Assembly (NCBI GenBank): GCA_963676835.2
Contig: CAXXFF010000001.1
Coordinates: 576,001-640,000, forward strand
Direction: 5' to 3'
Source of the DNA: Marispirochaeta sp.
GTDB taxonomy: Bacteria; Spirochaetota; Spirochaetia; JC444; Marispirochaetaceae
DNA: 64,000 nucleotides
The notes under the pieces were generated by a model. It was not told where the DNA came from, made no database searches, and was given only the letters and a program-made list of their open reading frames with translations. This document shows, in pieces, positions 58,475 to 64,000 of the stretch (position 1 is the first letter of the stretch; each line of letters opens with the position of its first letter). The translations under genes were made by a program, and so were the position numbers.

Positions 58475-59572
58475 TTATAGTTTTTTCCTGTACACAGAAG
58501 GAGGTACTCCAGTCATTTCCTTGAAGGCGACATTAAAAACAGAGATGGAATTAAACCCCGTATCGTAGGCAATTTCTATAATTTTCTTTTCAGGATACAA
58601 ACGGAGCTGCTCCTGCGCTTTTTTAATCCGTACCTCCTTGAGCCAGGTGGAGAATGTCTTTCCAAGATTGGTATTTAAGACTTCCGACATCTGATGCGGA
58701 TTTATCTGAAGCATTTCTGCTGATTTTTTCAGATTCAGAAAAGAATCTGATAAAATCTCTGAATCAGAAACCAGCATATTCAGATCATTGATCACCTTGT
58801 CTATATCAAGATTTTTGGTCTGGGTTCTGAAATAGTAGTTTCTGTACGCTTCAAGCTTGATCACATTAAGAACATGGGGATAACGGTAACTTGCGAGAAA
58901 AATCAGAACTACAAATAAACTGAAGCGTATTTTTACAAATACCCCGAAATAGCCGCCTCCGAAATAATACTCAAGAAAGGTAATCAAAAGCACCATGGAT
59001 ATTGCGGGTATGGCAATAAGTACTGCAATATTCCCCTGCCGTTTCCTGGGTGTCTTCAGATATATCCGTATATATTTCACGCCCAGTACCGCCACATAGG
59101 AGAGACCGACCATGGCAGATGCGGCGGCAGTTACCCGATTAATGAAGATATTTCTGTAAAGAAACTCATAGTAATTCTCAGGTGGAACAACACCCCTGCC
59201 AGGATATGCCCCGAACAGCAAAACAAGCAATACAGAGAGGAACCCCGGCACCAGCAGGAGCAGATACTTTTTTCTGTAGGTAAACTCTTTTACATCAAGA
59301 AAATAGAAAAATATAAACAAGTGCATAAGGGCTGCATAATAGGAGAAACGGGCAGCAATATATACAAAGGGGAAAATCTCAAACCACTTACCGAGATTCT
59401 TAAAAATATGAAAGTTATTACAGAAAATAAACATACCGAGAAAAAGAAATGCCAGGGCAAGGAGGTAGTTTTTCTGATTTTTCTTAATCAGAACAATTTG
59501 AGAAACAGCAAGACACAGGGCAAGGGCGCCGCCGAAAAAGTTAACCGCATCAATCCAGTTGGTTATGTTCAT
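58475..59572 (-). CDS. Membrane-bound AraC-family transcriptional regulator
   Basis: About 6-7 TM helices, then INPHQMSEVLN...IIEIAYDTGFNSISVFNVAFKEMTGVPPSVYR. Confidence 0.9.
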   Translation of the reverse strand: MNITNWIDAVNFFGGALALCLAVSQIVLIKKNQKNYLLALAFLFLGMFIFCNNFHIFKNLGKWFEIFPFVYIAARFSYYAALMHLFIFFYFLDVKEFTYRKKYLLLLVPGFLSVLLVLLFGAYPGRGVVPPENYYEFLYRNIFINRVTAAASAMVGLSYVAVLGVKYIRIYLKTPRKRQGNIAVLIAIPAISMVLLITFLEYYFGGGYFGVFVKIRFSLFVVLIFLASYRYPHVLNVIKLEAYRNYYFRTQTKNLDIDKVINDLNMLVSDSEILSDSFLNLKKSAEMLQINPHQMSEVLNTNLGKTFSTWLKEVRIKKAQEQLRLYPEKKIIEIAYDTGFNSISVFNVAFKEMTGVPPSVYRKKL

Positions 59573-59643
59573 AACAGTTTTCTTAAGAACCGATGATAGG
59601 TTGTTACTATAAATACATCAAGAGCAGCTCTCATGTAAAAAAT

Positions 59644-59684
59644 TTGACAGACCTTATAGCCGGTGGTACACTGGTACCACCAGT
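59644..59684 (+). promoter_or_regulatory. sigma-70 promoter overlapped by a FadR-type operator
   Basis: TTGACA(59644)-N17-TACACT(59667) with extended -10 TG; palindrome ACTGGT-ACC-ACCAGT at 59670-59684. Confidence 0.8.
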
Positions 59685-59750
59685 AAAGCGCAGTGAAATA
59701 CAGCATTGATCTACCGGAAAGCGCCCCACGATAAAAACAGGAGGAGTTTT

Positions 59751-61043
59751 ATGAGTCCGGCAATGATCACTATTCTTATTGTTCTAGTGTTGGTAATTCT
59801 GCTTATGATTGGAAAAATTCCAATCGCAGCCCTGGCAGTTTCCGTACCGGTTGCCCTGGTAATGACAGGAGTGCTGACAAGCAAGGAAGCCTTCGCCAAC
59901 TTTGCCAATCAATGGCCCCTTATCTTCATGTTCATGTTTATGGTTGGCGAAGCCCTTTTCCGTACCGGTTTTGCCGACATAGCTGGCCGGTTTGCAATTA
60001 AAATGTCGAAGAACAAAGAGAGCCTTTTCCTTCTCTGGATCATGATTATTTCTCTGATTCTTTCTGCATTTCTTTCCAACCTGGGGGTAATAGCATGTCT
60101 GCTCCCGATTGTGCTCGCCGGAGTAAAAAAAGGTAATTACTCAGTAAAAAAGGCTGTTCTTTCCATGGCCTTTGCATCTTCCCTCGGGGGAACCCTTACC
60201 CTTATCGGCACCCCGCCCAACGGAGTGGTTAACAGCGTAATGGGCACCATGAAACTTGATATAGCTCCTTTTAAATTCTTCGACTTCGCTCTCGTTGGCC
60301 TGCCTCTCTCTATAATAGGAATACTGACTCTTTACTTTATCAGTCTGAAGTTTATGCCTTCCGAAAAAGTAGACACAGAAAGCGCAGATTATGAAGGCCC
60401 GGCAGAAGATAAAAATTTTAAATACCGCGAAGATAAAATGTGGATTGCCATCATCGTCTTTGTGCTTATTGTTTTTATTATGGCAGCGGGAAGCTATATT
60501 CCCTTCATAAAGAGCACGCTGCATCTCGACCTTCTGACCACAGCCGCATTAGGAGCAGTAATAATAGTCGCCACCGGCACAATTTCCTGGAAGGAAGCAT
60601 ACTCATCGGTTTCATGGACTACAGTTATCTCTTTCGCAACCCTGCTCTCCCTGAGCACAGCCCTGAGCAAATCCGGAGCTGTTGCAGTAATCGCAGGTGG
60701 CATAACTGGAATTACCACTACACCGTTCATTCTGATGGCAATCATAATACTGATAACCATGTTTTTAACTCAATTTACCTTTAATACCGCTGCTACCGGC
60801 ATTATAGCCCCCATCGCGGTAGCTGCTGCTACGGCAGCCGGCGTAAGCCCCTACCCCTTCCTCATGGCGGTGGCCATGTCTGCCAGCGCATGCTTTATGT
60901 CTCCCATTGCAACCGGCCCCAATATCGCCGTCGTAGGCCCGGGACGATTAAAATTTTCAGATTTCGTTAAAGCCGGATGGGTACTCCAGATAGTAAGTTT
61001 TGTTGTCATACTGTTAGTTACTTCTCTTGTCTGGAAATTTTAA
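59751..61043 (+). CDS. SLC13/DASS-family permease
   Basis: SAFLSN, GGTLTLIGTPPN, TFNTAA, SPIATGPN, FSDFVKAG; AGGAGG RBS. Confidence 0.9.
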   Translation: MSPAMITILIVLVLVILLMIGKIPIAALAVSVPVALVMTGVLTSKEAFANFANQWPLIFMFMFMVGEALFRTGFADIAGRFAIKMSKNKESLFLLWIMIISLILSAFLSNLGVIACLLPIVLAGVKKGNYSVKKAVLSMAFASSLGGTLTLIGTPPNGVVNSVMGTMKLDIAPFKFFDFALVGLPLSIIGILTLYFISLKFMPSEKVDTESADYEGPAEDKNFKYREDKMWIAIIVFVLIVFIMAAGSYIPFIKSTLHLDLLTTAALGAVIIVATGTISWKEAYSSVSWTTVISFATLLSLSTALSKSGAVAVIAGGITGITTTPFILMAIIILITMFLTQFTFNTAATGIIAPIAVAAATAAGVSPYPFLMAVAMSASACFMSPIATGPNIAVVGPGRLKFSDFVKAGWVLQIVSFVVILLVTSLVWKF

Positions 61044-61055
61044 CCAACAACCCCG

Positions 61056-61087
61056 GTTCCCGCCGCCGTCAGTTCGACGGCGGGACC
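61056..61087 (+). other. GC-rich intercistronic hairpin
   Basis: CCGCCGTC-AGTTC-GACGGCGG with no U-tract; possibly stabilises the mRNA. Confidence 0.5.
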
Positions 61088-61103
61088 ACTAAAGGAATAA
61101 ACC

Positions 61104-61997
61104 ATGTCATCAACGGAATTCGGAGGAGTCTTTCCCTATCTTGTTTCACCCGTAGACAGTTCAGGCAAAGTTAAAAAAGAGGTCCTTACTGATCTTGTTG
61201 AACATCTTATAGACAAGGGAGTACATGGCCTGACCCCATTGGGAAGCACTGGAGAATTTGCCTATCTGACATGGGAACAGAAAACAGATATTGTCACAAC
61301 GGTAGTCGGAGCAGCCAAAGGCCGGGTTCCCGTGGTTCCCGGAGTTAACCACACCTCAAACAGAGAAGCGGTACGGCAGGCCCGGGAATTCGATGCTATG
61401 GGAGCGGATGGAATCCTGGCCATACTCGATACATATTTCCCGCTTAACCAGGATGAGATTTTTTCCTACTTTGGCGGAATCGCAAATGCAGTCAAATGCC
61501 CGGTCATAATTTATACAAACCCTAATTTTCAGAAAACCGAACTCTCAATAGATCTTATAAAAAGAATGGCTGCAGTAGAAAATATCAACTATCTCAAAGA
61601 TGCCTCGGGCAATACCGGGAAGATGCTGTCTGTTATAAATGAAGTCGGCGATAATCTAAAACTGTTCAGCGCCTCCGCCAGCGTCCCTCTTTTCATAATG
61701 ATGATGGGCGGAGTCGGCTGGATGGCTGGCCCTGCCTGCGTTGTACCGGCACAAAGCGTTACCCTCTACAACCTTGCAAAGAGCGGACAATGGGAATCCG
61801 CAATGACCTACCAGAAAAAGCTGTGGAAAATAAATTACATTTTTAAAAAGTATAATCTGGCTTCCTGCATAAAGGCCGCCTTGACCATTCAGGGATTCCC
61901 CGTGGGAGACCCGATCCCCCCGGTCAGCCCCCTGGACCATGCAGCGGTAGAGCATATCAGGAGTATACTAAGCGAACTAGAAAGCATTGAACCCTGA
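61104..61997 (+). CDS. DHDPS/NAL-family lyase (probably not biosynthetic DapA)
   Basis: GSTGEF, IIYTNP, YLKDAS Schiff-base lysine. Confidence 0.88.
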   Translation: MSSTEFGGVFPYLVSPVDSSGKVKKEVLTDLVEHLIDKGVHGLTPLGSTGEFAYLTWEQKTDIVTTVVGAAKGRVPVVPGVNHTSNREAVRQAREFDAMGADGILAILDTYFPLNQDEIFSYFGGIANAVKCPVIIYTNPNFQKTELSIDLIKRMAAVENINYLKDASGNTGKMLSVINEVGDNLKLFSASASVPLFIMMMGGVGWMAGPACVVPAQSVTLYNLAKSGQWESAMTYQKKLWKINYIFKKYNLASCIKAALTIQGFPVGDPIPPVSPLDHAAVEHIRSILSELESIEP

Positions 61998-62049
61998 ACC
62001 ATTATGATATAACATTTGAGAACATACATCGTTTCATACCAATTAGAAG

Positions 62050-62793
62050 GTGGCAGCAGTGTCGAACGAATCTTCCGGGGATTTTGATTCTACCGAGAAA
62101 ATTAATGCGGTACGAAAACAAAACACCTTCGAAATAATACTTGATCAGCTAAAAGAGCTTATTATCAGCGGAGAGTTCCAACCCGGCCAGAAACTTCCGG
62201 GAGAACGGATCCTGGCCAAGAAATTCGGAGCAAGCAGAAACTCATTAAGACTGGCCCTGAAAGTACTGGAGTTTATGCATCTCGTTGAAATTAGGCATGG
62301 CCTCGGCGTTTTTATTGCCAGCAGCGAAAACATCGAACGGGCAGTCCTTAATCTTAACTGGTTTGAAGCAATGCATCAGAACCCTTTAATGGATCTTATT
62401 GAAGCCCGTAAATGTTTTGAACCATTCATGGCATCCCTTTGCGCCCAACGTGCTTCTGAATCCAATATAGCGGAGCTTGAAAAAGATCTGAAACTTATGG
62501 AAGAAGGCCTTGAGAAAAAGGAGCACGGCAGAGAACCGGCTACCATGTTTCACGAAACTATCCTGAGTTCTTCCGACAACTTTATCCTGCGCCAGATAAG
62601 CCTTACCCTTAAGAACCTCATGAGTGAAAGTAAAAAGATATCTCTTTCCAAACTTGAACACAGCAGACAGTCTTTAAAAGAACACAGGGAAATTCTGGAT
62701 GCAATCATAGAAAGAGATCCGGAGAAAGCCCGGACCTTAATGCTGAAACACCTTGAAAGTGTTGAAGAACACCTTAACAAATCCGGCATGTAG
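62050..62793 (+). CDS. GntR/FadR-family regulator (FCD domain)
   Basis: PGQKLPGERILA..FGASRNSLRLAL, FHETI..SSDN, EHREILDAI. Confidence 0.93.
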   Translation: MAAVSNESSGDFDSTEKINAVRKQNTFEIILDQLKELIISGEFQPGQKLPGERILAKKFGASRNSLRLALKVLEFMHLVEIRHGLGVFIASSENIERAVLNLNWFEAMHQNPLMDLIEARKCFEPFMASLCAQRASESNIAELEKDLKLMEEGLEKKEHGREPATMFHETILSSSDNFILRQISLTLKNLMSESKKISLSKLEHSRQSLKEHREILDAIIERDPEKARTLMLKHLESVEEHLNKSGM

Positions 62794-62880
62794 GACATTT
62801 TTTTTATATTTTGGTTATGTCAGAAAAATAACTTGTTGTGTTATTGAACAATCCTCTTTAAATCCATAACGCATAGTATC

Positions 62881-63146
62881 TTTATTTGCCTGTGAGATAT
62901 TACCATTTGGAAGAGGAGCTTATCCTAGCCAGGCTCCGCCCAGTGGCAATCTTCGATTACCTAGGGTTCGCGCATTTAGCATCACAAGGACGCGCGATAC
63001 GATTACGCAAAGCGCCTTTTTTTGCCTGACAAAGATTACCTTTTGAAAGAGAAGCTTATTCTACGCAGGCTCCGCCCGGCGGAACCCTTCGGCTTCCTTG
63101 GGCCCGCGCGTTCCTCACTTCGCTGCGGTACACGCGCTTGGTCAAT
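62881..63146. repeat. Two degenerate direct repeats with 136-bp period and conserved hairpins
   Basis: Units start at 62881 and 63017; gapless manual alignment gives 68/90 identities, including CAGGCTCCGCCC. Confidence 0.8.
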
Positions 63147-63221
63147 GTAACCGTCAATTAAACCCCACCTTATGCCGACATCAATGAATGCCCTACAATC
63201 CTCCCTTAATGGAGGAATCGC

Positions 63222-63551
63222 ATGGTCAAATATAATCGGGAACAGCAGTGTGAACATCTTAGAAATTGGGAAAAAAGTGGGTTAAGCGGGCAGGAGTATT
63301 GCCGGCAGCACGAAATAACACCCACAACATTTTACAGCTGGAAAAAAGCCGAAAGGAAACGTGCCGTACAAACAGGATTAGCTTCTGAAACAGCAGCAGC
63401 CGGGTTCATACCAGTAAAAAGCTCTTTTCATCATTTATCCAAAAAAGAAACCATTACCATAAAGTTGCACGATATTGTTATTACTCTGCCGGTAACAGCA
63501 AACCATGACCAGCTTAAAGCAGTATTAACAGCCTTGAGGGTTTATGAATGA
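63222..63551 (+). CDS. tnpA: IS66 accessory protein TnpA
   Basis: W..SGLS...YCRQHEI...TFYSWKK, GFIPV. Confidence 0.88.
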   Translation: MVKYNREQQCEHLRNWEKSGLSGQEYCRQHEITPTTFYSWKKAERKRAVQTGLASETAAAGFIPVKSSFHHLSKKETITIKLHDIVITLPVTANHDQLKAVLTALRVYE

Positions 63552-63895
63552 CCCCAGATTTATCAGCGGTACAGATATTTATCCGGCCAGGCATCACTGA
63601 TATGCGTAAAGCAATCAACGGCTTAGTTGTCATGGTGCAGGACTATATGAATGAAAATCCGTTAAGCGGCAATCTGTTTCTGTTCTGCAACCGCGAACGA
63701 CGAATTATGAAAGCCCTCTACTGGGACAAGAACGGATTCTGTCTCTGGCAGAAGAAACTGGAAAAGCATAAGTTTCCCTGGCCCGTAACCGAAGAAACTG
63801 CACGTATGATTACCCCGGAACAGCTATCGATGCTGTTGAAAGGCATCGATTTTTGGAATGAACATACTAGTTTGGAATATTCGCGGGTTTCGTAA
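63548..63895 (+). CDS. tnpB: IS66 accessory protein TnpB
   Basis: TDMRKAINGL, LFLFCNR, LYWDKNGF, KKLE..KFPWP; ATGA overlap with tnpA. Confidence 0.94.
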   Translation: MTPDLSAVQIFIRPGITDMRKAINGLVVMVQDYMNENPLSGNLFLFCNRERRIMKALYWDKNGFCLWQKKLEKHKFPWPVTEETARMITPEQLSMLLKGIDFWNEHTSLEYSRVS

Positions 63896-63956
63896 GCATA
63901 TTATTGGTGTAAAGGAATTTACATAGAATGTACGGCATGCTAGAATTCTTATTAGC

Positions 63957-64000
63957 ATGGATGTTACAGAACTTCCCAGGGAAGTACAGGACTATATCCA
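63957..64000 (+). CDS. Probable start of IS66 transposase TnpC (partial)
   Basis: ATG at 63957 (MDVTELPREVQDYI) is open to the edge, at the expected tnpC position. Confidence 0.5.
   Translation, partial: MDVTELPREVQDYI

Larger units (their letters stand above)
63147..64000 (+). mobile_element. IS66-family insertion sequence, left part (truncated by the window edge)
   Basis: Starts GTAACCGTC (IS66 ends begin GTAA), followed by tnpA, tnpB and the start of tnpC. Confidence 0.9.

Noticed and set aside
62881..63146. CRISPR array or attC cassettes
   Set aside because: Only two long degenerate units, no spacers or cassette ORFs, and no clear RYYYAAC/GTTRRRY ends.
63036..63257. 73-aa minus-strand ORF
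   Set aside because: It crosses the IS66 end and the repeat; likely spurious.
63548..63895. TnpB as an RNA-guided nuclease
   Set aside because: This is the 115-aa IS66 accessory TnpB, unrelated to IS200/IS605 TnpB; it has no RuvC motifs.
1..64000. tRNA or rRNA genes
   Set aside because: None recognised; intergenic gaps are short and lack cloverleaf or rRNA signatures.

Overview
Chromosomal segment of a spirochaete, probably a free-living Spirochaetaceae member. This is inferred from the FlbB collar gene, FlgE with the Lys165/Cys178 cross-link residues, FliY, the reduced dcw cluster and the Borrelia/Treponema-like gene order. Positions 1-45.7 kb form one co-oriented minus-strand run: mraZ-rsmH-ftsL-murF-mraY-ftsW-ftsQ-ftsA-ftsZ, xerD-TPR-dprA-xerC-hslVU, then an unsplit flagellar cluster (flgBC-fliE-K-flgDE-flbD-motAB-fliLMY-fliOPQR-flhBA-flhF-flhG-flgV-like-fliA-fapA). 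Appended to its 3' end is the most unusual module: a divergent Hsp70 with a non-canonical interdomain linker, an overlapping J-domain/HEAT-repeat gene, and a divergent CheA-like kinase that runs off the window edge and is absent from the ORF track. Positions 46-56.7 kb hold GH57/DUF4912, a methyltransferase, an M23 peptidase, recN, nadK, a lysine-less DegT-like gene and cheW. From about 56.8 kb an accessory region contains a structured intergenic element (Flavo-1-like), a GLUG-repeat lipoprotein with a membrane-bound AraC regulator, an SLC13/DHDPS-like/FadR operon with a visible promoter and operator, a 136-bp structured tandem repeat, and the left end of an IS66. All calls come from reading motifs by eye; no searches were run. 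Some starts were moved from the ORF track to the better RBS or overlap start.
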